Shown here piece after piece: positions 46,208 through 55,404 of a stretch of DNA of 64,000 nucleotides. Position numbers and translations under genes: made by a program. The stretch is from Promethearchaeati archaeon SRVP18_Atabeyarchaeia-1. GTDB taxonomy: Archaea > Asgardarchaeota > Atabeyarchaeia > Atabeyarchaeales > Atabeyarchaeaceae. Each line of letters starts with the position of its first letter. The stretch's first letter is position 1. The stretch is taken from contig CP147779.1 of NCBI GenBank assembly GCA_037308085.1, positions 1 to 64,000 of the forward strand. Direction: 5' to 3'. A model generated the notes under the pieces. That model did not search any database and was not told the DNA's origin. It worked only from the letters and a program-made list of their open reading frames with translations.

Positions 46208-48667
46208 TCACTTTCTCCTTTGCTTCCCAATTAGGTAGGCAATGGCAGGAACTAGGACGAGTACTGCAATGATCCCCAGTATGATGATGATTGAATTGGA
46301 GGGTTCAATTGTTGGAATCTGGGTTGGTTGTCGTGGCAAGTCATATATGGAGGTGGAGCTCGTCGAGATCCGGTGCCTGGAGTCGCAGGCTTGAACCTTT
46401 ATGCTCAGCAGTGTGGTCGAGCCGACAAGTGGGGCTTCGTAGTCTGCCTGGTAGAGCTTAGCCGTACTGTTCCAAATGGCTTGAAGTTGCGTAACATTGC
46501 CTGTGTCACCAACGTAGATGGTGATTGTGAGGTTTCCTTGGAATTGCAGTTCTGGGTGGTTAAGGTAGGACGCATTCACTGAGATTCGGAGAAGTTGCAT
46601 TGAGACCAAGTTTGAGGGCGGGTTCAGCGCAATGCTTGGATCGCCTAACGTAATGTCGCTGACAGTCGCCGCCCCGATCCACCTAGTCGCCAAATGGCCA
46701 ATCGAGTCTCTTGAGATGAACTTGATACCGTATATTCCTTCGCCGGTGACGTTGCAGCTGAATCTGTATTGTCCTCCCAACAGAGTTAGGACGGTGTTGT
46801 TGAGGAGCAATCCAGTTGGGCTCGTTATTGTGATGTTAACTTGGCTCAATCCATCCAAATCAATCAGTGGAGTCGTGTTCTGCACCCTGATGGTGGCTCT
46901 CGGACTCGTGTCCGGTAGATGCCCAATCACGCTCACCGAAGCGCTGGCAGTGAAGTTGTTGAGTACCGATACCGTACAATTCAAAGTCGAGCCGTCGATC
47001 AATGTGAATTGGGGAAGATACGCAAAAGCCTGCCTGAAGACACCGAGGCTGAGAAACGAGTTGCTATATGTCCAGCTACTAGTGCCCACGGCCTCGCTAT
47101 TCACGTAGACATCGTCTATCTGATTGGCGATCGGGACAATGATGACTGCGCCTTCAGACAGCGTCACGTTATAATCTGAACCGGTTGGGTGGACATAGTC
47201 GAAAGTCAGAACTAGCGAGTACGACCCTCCATACGTTAAGCCATCGACCTCCCTCGTTAGCTGTGCCCATGCTGTCACGCTCACCCTTCCTCCTATCTGG
47301 ACGCTACTCCCGTTGAACAGTTTCAAACTGAGGTTCAGGGTTCCCGTGGTCCTGTTCATTACACCTTGCCTTAGTAGATCGGATTTCTCAAGGATAACTC
47401 TCATGAAGGCGAAGTTGACGTACGATTCCGAAGCTGCAGTGCTGTTGCCGTTGACTACTATATGATACCCACTCGGGAACAGATTGCCATATCCATAGCT
47501 GTAATACCAGATCGTATACGTGAAGTTGAGAATGGCTATAGGATAGTTACTTGTTACAGTGAAGCTGTACGGGGGTACGGCGTTCCACACGGTCTGATTC
47601 CATATGGAATTGTCAGCTACGGGGATGCCATTGATTCTAAGGTTTAAGCCAGTCATGCTCGCCGGCGAGGATTGTGCGTGGACTCTCAGCTCAAAACCAT
47701 TGAAGTAGTATGAGCTACCAGCGATCGCCACATGATTCGTCCAGTTGACGCCCCTATTGGAAGTCAGCCACCCTGACGGAGGACTAGTCGGCTGTTTGCT
47801 GAGAGTCGTACCTGCCGCATAGCCACCTCCCGAGCTTACCCATTCAGTCGTATGGAGGACCAAGTAGTAGTATCCGGCCGTCAGGTTGACATGTGGAATG
47901 CTAATTGGGATCCAATTTGCTCCAAGGCTTACGAAAGTAGAAGGCAACGACACTGACTTCACGAATTCGCCAGCTTCATTGCTATATGTTGACCGCCTGA
48001 CTTCAGCAGTTAGGTTTCCAACTGTACCGTCAAATCTAAATAAATTGACTTGGACTGATAGGTTCTCTGTGTATGTAGACAAGAAGAAACGCTGCGCAAG
48101 ACCAAGGTTTCCGTCAATCACGGGATAACTTGAGTTTGATCCCCCATTGGGAATTACGTAGAAGTTGTTGTCCCCTTTTAGCATTCCATTGATGCTGAAC
48201 ATTGCCTGGTAGATAGTTGAGTTTTTGGGAACCTTCAGGTTGCTGATAAGTCCTTGGTAAAAGCCCTCAAACTGGCTTGCTACCAGCTGAACAACCGAGG
48301 TACTAACTGTAGTCGTATTTACATACTTCGCGCTTAGGAGTGTCCCATTGTAGAAGTTGAGACCAAGCCTGGTCACGTTCCAATTCGGTGGGAAGTCTAG
48401 GGTGAAGTTTTGACCAGTTGAGGGGATATACCAGTTTCTGGCATCGTAGAGGTGATTCCCATAAATGAATGCGCTGGGATCAGGGGAAACTCCAGTGGTG
48501 GCACCGTTGCCAAGTGGGGGAGCCGCCATAGTGGCTTGGAGAGGCATCTGTGTTCCCTGGGCGGTTGCTGACGTCAGCAACAAGGTTGTAATTATGCAGA
48601 GGACGAGAATGCTATTGAATCGCCCCTTTGCATCCGACGCAGCGATACTATTCCTGATCATTGGCAT
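46208..48667 (-). CDS. large cell-surface glycoprotein with C-terminal membrane anchor
   Basis: signal peptide, S/T/N-rich beta domains with many N-x-S/T sites, C-terminal TM helix plus KQRRK. Confidence 0.8.
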   Translation of the reverse strand: MPMIRNSIAASDAKGRFNSILVLCIITTLLLTSATAQGTQMPLQATMAAPPLGNGATTGVSPDPSAFIYGNHLYDARNWYIPSTGQNFTLDFPPNWNVTRLGLNFYNGTLLSAKYVNTTTVSTSVVQLVASQFEGFYQGLISNLKVPKNSTIYQAMFSINGMLKGDNNFYVIPNGGSNSSYPVIDGNLGLAQRFFLSTYTENLSVQVNLFRFDGTVGNLTAEVRRSTYSNEAGEFVKSVSLPSTFVSLGANWIPISIPHVNLTAGYYYLVLHTTEWVSSGGGYAAGTTLSKQPTSPPSGWLTSNRGVNWTNHVAIAGSSYYFNGFELRVHAQSSPASMTGLNLRINGIPVADNSIWNQTVWNAVPPYSFTVTSNYPIAILNFTYTIWYYSYGYGNLFPSGYHIVVNGNSTAASESYVNFAFMRVILEKSDLLRQGVMNRTTGTLNLSLKLFNGSSVQIGGRVSVTAWAQLTREVDGLTYGGSYSLVLTFDYVHPTGSDYNVTLSEGAVIIVPIANQIDDVYVNSEAVGTSSWTYSNSFLSLGVFRQAFAYLPQFTLIDGSTLNCTVSVLNNFTASASVSVIGHLPDTSPRATIRVQNTTPLIDLDGLSQVNITITSPTGLLLNNTVLTLLGGQYRFSCNVTGEGIYGIKFISRDSIGHLATRWIGAATVSDITLGDPSIALNPPSNLVSMQLLRISVNASYLNHPELQFQGNLTITIYVGDTGNVTQLQAIWNSTAKLYQADYEAPLVGSTTLLSIKVQACDSRHRISTSSTSIYDLPRQPTQIPTIEPSNSIIIILGIIAVLVLVPAIAYLIGKQRRK

Positions 48668-48885
48668 CGCAGCCTATCACCGCAGGAGAATCAATCGAAA
48701 CACCATATTTCTCCGTGAGACCAGTCTCATTAGTGTATATGGATTCTGAATATAACAGTTATGGAAGCGATAAATTCCTACGTTATCCTTGGCGATTTAT
48801 GTATTGCGGATGCCTGAACTCGGCACATTGCCATTGCTCGCTGGCGTTGTCATTCTGGGCTTACTTTCATGAGCTTTCGCTGGTT

Positions 48886-50463
48886 CTAGGGCTGCAAGGC
48901 TGATAGTTCTGGGAATATTTTTTCTTTTGAGAGTGCCTGATATGTTCTCTCGTAGATATCGAAGAGCTTGGAATATAGTGTAGAGTTCTCCTTGTCTGGA
49001 GTATACCTTTCGGTTATTCTAACCATCAAATCTGCCGCTTCGACCACTCCTTTGTAGATGCCCACGCCTACGCCTGCGAGGATGGCCGCACCGACCGCTG
49101 TTGCTTCTTCCAAGGGGCCTTTAAGTACCGGGAGATTGGTGACGTCTGATTGGATCTGATTCCAGATTGAGCTGCGAGTTGCTCCTCCTGTGACTCTAAT
49201 CTCACGAATGTCGGTGCCGATTTCTTTCATTACTGAGATGTTTTCTCTGATTTCGAAGGCTGTTCCTTCCATGATCGCCCTAACTATGCATCCCTTCTCG
49301 TGACCTATTGTGAAACCGAACATCACTCCTCTATCGTATGGGTTCCAGTGTGGTGCGCCTGAACCCATGCAATGTGGAATCAACATCACGCCCCTTGAGC
49401 CAGCTGGGACCCGCGCCGCTTGATCATTCAGGAGGTCGTATGGGTCCTTTCCGGATCTTTCGGCCTCTATTTTCTCCGCTTGGGCAAACTGGTCCCTAAA
49501 CCACCTGTAAACGGCTCCAGTTGTGAATATGCTTGCCTCGTTCACCCACTTTCCGGGAACTGCATGGCAACTGCAGAGAACTCTCCGCTTCGAGTCGTAT
49601 TTTGGCTCGTTAAGAAAAGCGAGTATGAAGGTTCCTGTTCCCGTTGTTGCCTTGACCCGGCCTGTCTCCGTTACGCCCACGCCCAAGGCTGCTGCTTGCT
49701 GGTCTCCAGCGCCTGTTATTACTGGGGTGTGCGCCGCGAAGCCGGTTTCCCCAGAGGCTCTCTTAGTGACTTCGCCTATGCGTTTCCCCGGCGGGTACAA
49801 AGTCGGCATCTTTTCTTTCTGAATCTCCAGTTCTCCGCAGATGGTGTCTGACCAATCCATTTTCCTAATATCGAAGAGCATTGTGCGCGAGGCATTGCTG
49901 TGCTCCGTGACGAATTGGTCGCTAAGCTTCATTGTAATGTAATCGTGTACAAGGAGGAACTTGTATGTCTTGGAGAAGAGTTCGCTTTGGTTCCTCTTAA
50001 TCCAGAGGATCTTGGGCGCTGAGAAGTAGGGATCTACTGTCAAACCTGTCGCAGAGTAGATCTTCTCTGCACCTATCTTTGCAGTGATTTGACTACACTC
50101 GTCTACTGTTCTTCGATCCTGCCACACAATCGCCGTCCTCAGGGGTTCTCCCAATGCATTTACTGGGACTATTGTCTCCCTTTGGTTGGTTACGCTGATC
50201 CCCCGTATTTCGTCTGGCTTGATCTTTGCTTTCTTCATGGCCACTTTGGATGTGCTGCACACGGCCCTCCACCAGTCTCTAGCATTCTGTTCAACCCAAG
50301 ATGGAGAGGGGTAGGCACTTGGGTGCTCTTCGTAGGCTTGAGAAACGAGTCCACCATCGATACTGAATATGATCGTTCTGCAACCTGTAGTACCAGCATC
50401 AATTGCAGCCAAGAACTCTCTCGGCAATGGTTCAGATTCCTCCAATCTCTTGGTCCAGTCCAA
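48886..50463 (-). CDS. FGGY-family carbohydrate kinase (xylulokinase/glycerol kinase-like)
   Basis: IDAGTTG, TNQRET, AIVWQDRR, SNASRT, GAGDQQAA, TGTG, GGA. Confidence 0.92.
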   Translation of the reverse strand: MDWTKRLEESEPLPREFLAAIDAGTTGCRTIIFSIDGGLVSQAYEEHPSAYPSPSWVEQNARDWWRAVCSTSKVAMKKAKIKPDEIRGISVTNQRETIVPVNALGEPLRTAIVWQDRRTVDECSQITAKIGAEKIYSATGLTVDPYFSAPKILWIKRNQSELFSKTYKFLLVHDYITMKLSDQFVTEHSNASRTMLFDIRKMDWSDTICGELEIQKEKMPTLYPPGKRIGEVTKRASGETGFAAHTPVITGAGDQQAAALGVGVTETGRVKATTGTGTFILAFLNEPKYDSKRRVLCSCHAVPGKWVNEASIFTTGAVYRWFRDQFAQAEKIEAERSGKDPYDLLNDQAARVPAGSRGVMLIPHCMGSGAPHWNPYDRGVMFGFTIGHEKGCIVRAIMEGTAFEIRENISVMKEIGTDIREIRVTGGATRSSIWNQIQSDVTNLPVLKGPLEEATAVGAAILAGVGVGIYKGVVEAADLMVRITERYTPDKENSTLYSKLFDIYERTYQALSKEKIFPELSALQP

Positions 50464-50729
50464 CTGCCTTATCTGGGAAGGACAGTCTGACCATCCTTGG
50501 AAATATAGCTTTGCTTGTAGATTCTCACGGACTCCTATTGAACACTCTTAGCCATCATGGCTTTCGGCGAAAGCCTTGGTTTGTTCGCCCCAGCAACCGA
50601 TTTCTCTACGAGTCCCGTGTTGAGATTTCCGTTGCGAAAGCTACAATGCTCACGGATTCCTCTGTTGGATTCAAGTTAGTTCTTAAATATGGACGTCCAC
50701 ACTTCTCATAATTAGGAGGATAAACAAAC

Positions 50730-50864
50730 ATGGTCTGCAGTAGCTTCGATACGAAGAACCAGAAATGCAAAGAAACAGGGATGAAGATATATCAGGGAAT
50801 GGATGTTCCCTGCGAGGTTGTCAAGTCCCCAGATAAGTGTAAGGTTGTTGCGATGAGAAAGTAG
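50730..50864 (+). CDS. 44-aa four-Cys microprotein (absent from ORF track)
   Basis: MVCSSFDTKNQKCKETGMKIYQGMDVPCEVVKSPDKCKVVAMRK; AGGAGG RBS upstream. Confidence 0.6.
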   Translation: MVCSSFDTKNQKCKETGMKIYQGMDVPCEVVKSPDKCKVVAMRK

Positions 50865-50922
50865 GAACACGGATAGAAAGTAGAGAGGTTGAGAGCCTAC
50901 GGTAATTGAGGCTGCAATCTTC

Positions 50923-52008
50923 TTAGAAGAGCACTCTACGAAGTTCCTCTTCTATTCTTTCAAGCTCCTCGTGCGGAACCCCCAGATTCTTGATCATGTC
51001 TTCGTTCGGCATTTCTACGCCGCTTTCGCTGGCAGCTATCTTAGCTGCGACAACGAAATCCACCGTGGTCAGTTTTCCACTCACTGAGGGGTTTCTCAGC
51101 CGCTCCTTCTTAAGCTCGTTAAGGAGCTTGGCCATCGTGCAGATTATGTTGAAGTTTAGGTTGCTTTCCTTTGCGACTGAGATAAGTTGGAAGATCTCCT
51201 CACTGGTCAGCATGGAGTAGAATGTCCTTATGTATCCCATCATATTCTGCTCGTTTAGCTCGCACTCAACTCTTCCCCACTCATTTATGGAGAACAGTTT
51301 GCGCCGGTAGATGGACTGAAAGTCTATGCCCATGCTCTGAAGGAGTTTCACCACTGTATCAGTGAGTTCGTTAACGGTCACCAGAATGTAGTGCTGGAGA
51401 CCATATGCGATGTGCTGCTCCATGGCGTAGATCGACTTCTGGGACATGCTAGCCAGTAACTTTGCTCTAACGGAGCGCACATCACTCAGAGACCTGTTCA
51501 GCGACGCTTCAAAAAAAACTAGGTTCGCTTCTTTCATATCATAGTTTCTCACCGTGAATCCGACCACGGAGTCTTTATGCGCGCCAACAAACTCTTCCAA
51601 TCCGTGCACGGTCGGGCTTATTCCCAACTCTCTAAGGTCTTTCTCATCGAGTGTCACGTAGTCATTCAAACTTCTACCATAGCAGAGGCGAACTGAATCG
51701 ATGTTGAGCCCATAGTCCTTTCCGAGCGCGCTTTTCAGGGCGTAGTCAATCTGAAAAACCTCACTGAATATATCCGGAGAGGCAACAACTTGTTCCCATG
51801 GCTGTGGCTCGACACCCGGCATGAAGTTAACCACGGGTGCCTCTGAGGCGGTTACATGTATCTTGTACTTAGTGAGTTCCTTCTTCACGGTGTAAACGAT
51901 GTCGCGCGCCCTGTGCGAGGCTATGACTGAAGTGGTATCATTGACCACGGCTCTGAATTCTTTCTGGCTTCGGATAACCGGCTCGAAGCGCTTCCAGTTT
52001 ATCTCCAA
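50923..52008 (-). CDS. hypothetical protein
   Basis: 361-aa ORF with AGGAG RBS; no recognised motif. Confidence 0.75.
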   Translation of the reverse strand: MEINWKRFEPVIRSQKEFRAVVNDTTSVIASHRARDIVYTVKKELTKYKIHVTASEAPVVNFMPGVEPQPWEQVVASPDIFSEVFQIDYALKSALGKDYGLNIDSVRLCYGRSLNDYVTLDEKDLRELGISPTVHGLEEFVGAHKDSVVGFTVRNYDMKEANLVFFEASLNRSLSDVRSVRAKLLASMSQKSIYAMEQHIAYGLQHYILVTVNELTDTVVKLLQSMGIDFQSIYRRKLFSINEWGRVECELNEQNMMGYIRTFYSMLTSEEIFQLISVAKESNLNFNIICTMAKLLNELKKERLRNPSVSGKLTTVDFVVAAKIAASESGVEMPNEDMIKNLGVPHEELERIEEELRRVLF

Positions 52009-52132
52009 GTGAATCTCCTCATGCCACTTGTGCTTGATGAATCTGACGGAAGAGTACTTTGAGTTTGCTTGAACTAGTATATTGTCTTACTAGGGTTAAT
52101 AATGTTTGCACAAAGATTAAGAACTGACTTCA

Positions 52133-52993
52133 ATGTATATGCGATATTGGCAAGGCTACCTTGGCGGAACTTGTTCGACGGAGACGCAGAAAGAGTTCCA
52201 CAGGGCAAGCTCCTACTCCCCATTTCTCTTCTCATCGCGAGGGTGCCTATCGATGGCTAAAGTCTTCTCTTCTGGCGACTTAAGTGAGCTCTCTAATTCT
52301 GTTATGGACTTAGTGGGCAAGAAGGTGGGGAGAAGACCCGGCGAGAAGCCACCCCTCAGTCTTGCTGATGTCCAGGACCAGATCAGGGCGGCAACGGAAT
52401 ATATGCGCCTTTCTGACTTGTGTAAGGAGAAGAGCGACAACTGGTTTGCACTGGCCTATCTCGTGGAGAACTTGAAGTACTACAGCTCGGTTACTGACAT
52501 GGGCAAGTGCGGTCACCTTCTTCTTGAAATGGCGGACTGCCTATTTTTGTGCAAGGAAACTACCCTATCAAGCAGATTCTGCCGTGAAGCAACAACTCTT
52601 CTAGTCGGAAGCAAGGGCCAGTACGAATGGGCAGTTGGAATGGCGGCAATAGGAGAGCTTCTCCTCACGGCTGTGCTCCTGAGTACAGAGAACTACAAGG
52701 AAGCATCGGAGACCCTGCGAGAGTTCAGAGCGATACTGACGCCCAAGGAGAAAAGACTGATTGCAAGCGAGGATGCGCACAGAGTTGCCCGCAGGCTCCT
52801 CGCTGCCTATAGGAAAAGAAACCTTAAGCCAGTTCAGGAACTTGAAGAGATACCACCTCGCAGAAAGAGAACTGAGGAAAACAACCTTCACTGCCTCCTC
52901 AACGAATGGATGGGGCGTTACGGCTCTGTGAAGGCAGCTGTAGAAAGAATAACGGTCTTGTGTTCCGAGAATCTCAAGAAGCCTGAGCATTAG
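52133..52993 (+). CDS. hypothetical alpha-helical repeat (TPR/SNAP-like) protein
   Basis: helical-repeat spacing of small and hydrophobic residues; likely ATG at 52253. Confidence 0.6.
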   Translation: MYMRYWQGYLGGTCSTETQKEFHRASSYSPFLFSSRGCLSMAKVFSSGDLSELSNSVMDLVGKKVGRRPGEKPPLSLADVQDQIRAATEYMRLSDLCKEKSDNWFALAYLVENLKYYSSVTDMGKCGHLLLEMADCLFLCKETTLSSRFCREATTLLVGSKGQYEWAVGMAAIGELLLTAVLLSTENYKEASETLREFRAILTPKEKRLIASEDAHRVARRLLAAYRKRNLKPVQELEEIPPRRKRTEENNLHCLLNEWMGRYGSVKAAVERITVLCSENLKKPEH

Positions 52994-53157
52994 TTTCTCG
53001 CGGTTCAATGCAGAACTAGCAATAGAGCAAGCATGAGTGGCGACTCGTCTTTGGCTCTTCCTATGATCATCCGAACGCCCAATCGTCACACGGGGATAAA
53101 GTCGTCATCGTCGCCATCCTAGGCTAGGTCAAGCCGCAATATTAAATCTAGCCCTAA

Positions 53158-53991
53158 TCAATGCCCAGCTCTCTGTTTCCATTCACTGATCTTGTATCTC
53201 AGATCTTGCAGATTTCCGAATCCTCTTTTCCATTGCTGAACTTCCTTTCCAATTTCGAAGACCAGTGTCCCTCCGCCCTTGGCCCTCTGCTCTACAAGTT
53301 CTTTGAGGGCTTGGATGGCCTGGGAAACGAGTTCGGGAGTCCTGACTAGGCTGATGTAGTGCTCAACTTCGTCGAATATCTTGTCGGTGGGCAGGGCTCG
53401 CCAAGCCTCTATGTCAGGCATTTTGAGGGCGCCTGGAATTGCCAAGAGCGAGCCGCGAATCTGTACCGCCCCTTCCCGCAACAGGATTTCAATTGCCTTG
53501 TTTATCGTGATCAGGTCGAGCCCTGCAAGTCTTGCCAACTCGTTTACGTCCATGCTTCCTCTCTCTGTGAGGATGAGCAGAGCCCTATGTTTTATTGAGC
53601 CGTTTCTTAGAATGAATTCTCTAGCTTTGTCACCGACGCCAGGCTCCGCGGCTAACAGCCTGAACAACAAGCTCTCAACTTCATCGTAGCTTCTTGAGAG
53701 AGATTCAACTTCCTGCTCAAGAAACTTCAGTCTGGTCGTGGTTGCTTCCCCAAAGCTCGGGTTCAGCTCAATATCTTTTATGCGCCTGAGAGACAACTCC
53801 AGTTCGGCTTTTCCTTTCTTGCAGTCCGCCAAGGCTTCTCCGAGAGAAGACATCTCAGCAAGGATTCTGTTCCTCTCTTGCAGAAGTGAATTGTAGTTGT
53901 ACTCGAGCTGCCGCAACTCCGAAGCTGGATCTGGTTTTGACCGATCATCATCTGGCGAAGGCAAAGAATTCCCCCTAAGAAAATGTGTCAC
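53158..53991 (-). CDS. coiled-coil plus winged-helix hypothetical protein
   Basis: N-terminal heptads; MDVNELARLAGLDLITINKAIEILLREGAV. Confidence 0.7.
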   Translation of the reverse strand: MTHFLRGNSLPSPDDDRSKPDPASELRQLEYNYNSLLQERNRILAEMSSLGEALADCKKGKAELELSLRRIKDIELNPSFGEATTTRLKFLEQEVESLSRSYDEVESLLFRLLAAEPGVGDKAREFILRNGSIKHRALLILTERGSMDVNELARLAGLDLITINKAIEILLREGAVQIRGSLLAIPGALKMPDIEAWRALPTDKIFDEVEHYISLVRTPELVSQAIQALKELVEQRAKGGGTLVFEIGKEVQQWKRGFGNLQDLRYKISEWKQRAGH

Positions 53992-54025
53992 CGCGATAAG
54001 TAGTGCTAAAATCTTTAAAGTGTTT

Positions 54026-54047
54026 GGTGCTGTTACCTCTTCGGTTG
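54026..54047 (+). repeat. left terminal inverted repeat GGTGCTGTTACCTCTTCGGTTG
   Basis: reverse complement of 55295-55316 with one mismatch. Confidence 0.92.
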
Positions 54048-54082
54048 GTGAGCTTAAATAGGGCTACGGGTCACCTAGTTTC

Positions 54083-55309
54083 ATGCAGGCATTTAAGGCG
54101 GTGCAGATACCATATGAGCCCACAGGCGATGTTCTCAGCCTCCTCGAAGCCTTCAAAACCATGGTCAACCACTGTATCCACGCCGGTATAGAGAAGAACG
54201 TGACGTCAAGACTCGGACTACAACATGAGGTATACCACCAGCTAGGCGGCTTCGGCCTCCACACTTGGTATAGCCTCTCAGCCATCGAGACTGCCACCGC
54301 CATTTTGAAGAACTACCGGAAAGCGAAGAGAAAGCGGCAGGACATTAGGGTGCCGAGAGCCACGAAGCTTATGGCTAAACTGGGAAACCAAGCCTACAAG
54401 GTTGTCGACGGCAAGCTGAGAATTCCGATCAAGCCCAGAGAGTACTACTATGTCCCCCTGCATAGGAGGGCGGCGCAGTTCCTATCGGACGCCGCACTCA
54501 AGTTAGGCTCAATAACCTTGGCACCTTGCACGGTTTCAGTGGCTTTCTCCAAGACCGCTGAGATTACCGAACCAGGGAGATACGTGGCGTATGACACGAA
54601 CGAACGCTCAATAGATGGAGCCTACATGAGAGGGTGCGGAGAACTGGCCGTTAAAAGCCACGACTTGTCAAGGGTTTCAGAGGCTAGGCACGGCTACTTT
54701 GAGCGGGTGCGGCGAGTCCAAGCTAAGTACGCCAAGGACAGGCGAGTAGCATGGAAAATCGAGAGGAAGTGGTTCGCCAACCAGAACAAAAAGGTTAGCA
54801 CGGTTCTACACCAAACGAGTTCAGCCATAGTCAAGCAAGCGAAGAACAATAAGCAGGGAATCATCCTCGAAGACCTTAAACATATCCGTAGTGCAGTTAA
54901 TCTGAAGGTTTTAGCCGTCAACAACTTCAATGGAAGAACCCAGTTGGTGGGCAGGCACTCCAAGAAATTGAGGCGGAGGCTCAACTCGTGGGGCTTCAGA
55001 AAGCTGCAGGGCTTCATCGAGTATAAGGCTCTCTGGGAAGGAGTCAAAGCCCTCAAAGTAAACCCTCGGAACACTTCTAGGGTGTGCGCGGTGTGTGGGT
55101 GCGTCATGCAAGACCCGAAAGCGAAGGCCCTGGGCTGTTGTGGGGTAGACCGCCACGTGAATGCTGGCCTGAATATGCTTAGAATCCAGGATGAAGGCCT
55201 GTGGTTCAGGCTGGATCGCTCCGCACGTGTAGCCGTGATTAGCCCCCTAAGAAGGGCTATGAGCCAGAGCGGAGAAGCTATCCCAAACGGTAATCAACCG
55301 AAGAGGTAA
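54083..55309 (+). CDS. tnpB: TnpB-family RNA-guided nuclease
   Basis: LRIP, YVAYDTN (RuvC-I), ILEDL (RuvC-II), FIEYKA, VNPRNTSRVCAVCG, DRHVNAGLN (RuvC-III variant). Confidence 0.92.
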   Translation: MQAFKAVQIPYEPTGDVLSLLEAFKTMVNHCIHAGIEKNVTSRLGLQHEVYHQLGGFGLHTWYSLSAIETATAILKNYRKAKRKRQDIRVPRATKLMAKLGNQAYKVVDGKLRIPIKPREYYYVPLHRRAAQFLSDAALKLGSITLAPCTVSVAFSKTAEITEPGRYVAYDTNERSIDGAYMRGCGELAVKSHDLSRVSEARHGYFERVRRVQAKYAKDRRVAWKIERKWFANQNKKVSTVLHQTSSAIVKQAKNNKQGIILEDLKHIRSAVNLKVLAVNNFNGRTQLVGRHSKKLRRRLNSWGFRKLQGFIEYKALWEGVKALKVNPRNTSRVCAVCGCVMQDPKAKALGCCGVDRHVNAGLNMLRIQDEGLWFRLDRSARVAVISPLRRAMSQSGEAIPNGNQPKR

Positions 55310-55336
55310 CAGAACCAAGTGTTTTGATCACTATCT
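55190..55336 (+). ncRNA. putative omegaRNA overlapping the tnpB 3' end, with guide extending past the right TIR
   Basis: hairpins GCCTG/CAGGC, CTCCGC/GCGGAG, TAGCCC/GGGCTA in the post-RuvC tail; boundaries inferred. Confidence 0.5.
55295..55316 (-). repeat. right terminal inverted repeat (reads GGTTCTGTTACCTCTTCGGTTG on the minus strand)
   Basis: matches the left TIR; contains the tnpB stop codon. Confidence 0.92.
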
Positions 55337-55404
55337 AGTTGTGCAGGTCTTCTCACAGTTGAGTTTATCTTTTGGAGAATAGAAAGTGGCTTGGATGAGG
55401 AAGA

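Larger units (their letters stand above)
54026..55316 (+). mobile_element. 1291-bp TIR-bounded element carrying only tnpB (IS6-like ends, 8-bp TSD)
   Basis: 22-bp TIRs with 21/22 identity; AAGTGTTT duplicated at 54018-54025 and 55317-55324. Confidence 0.9.

Noticed and set aside
52133-53991. SNAP or ESCRT assignment for the helical and coiled-coil proteins
   Set aside because: Only generic helical patterns; not supportable without profile searches.
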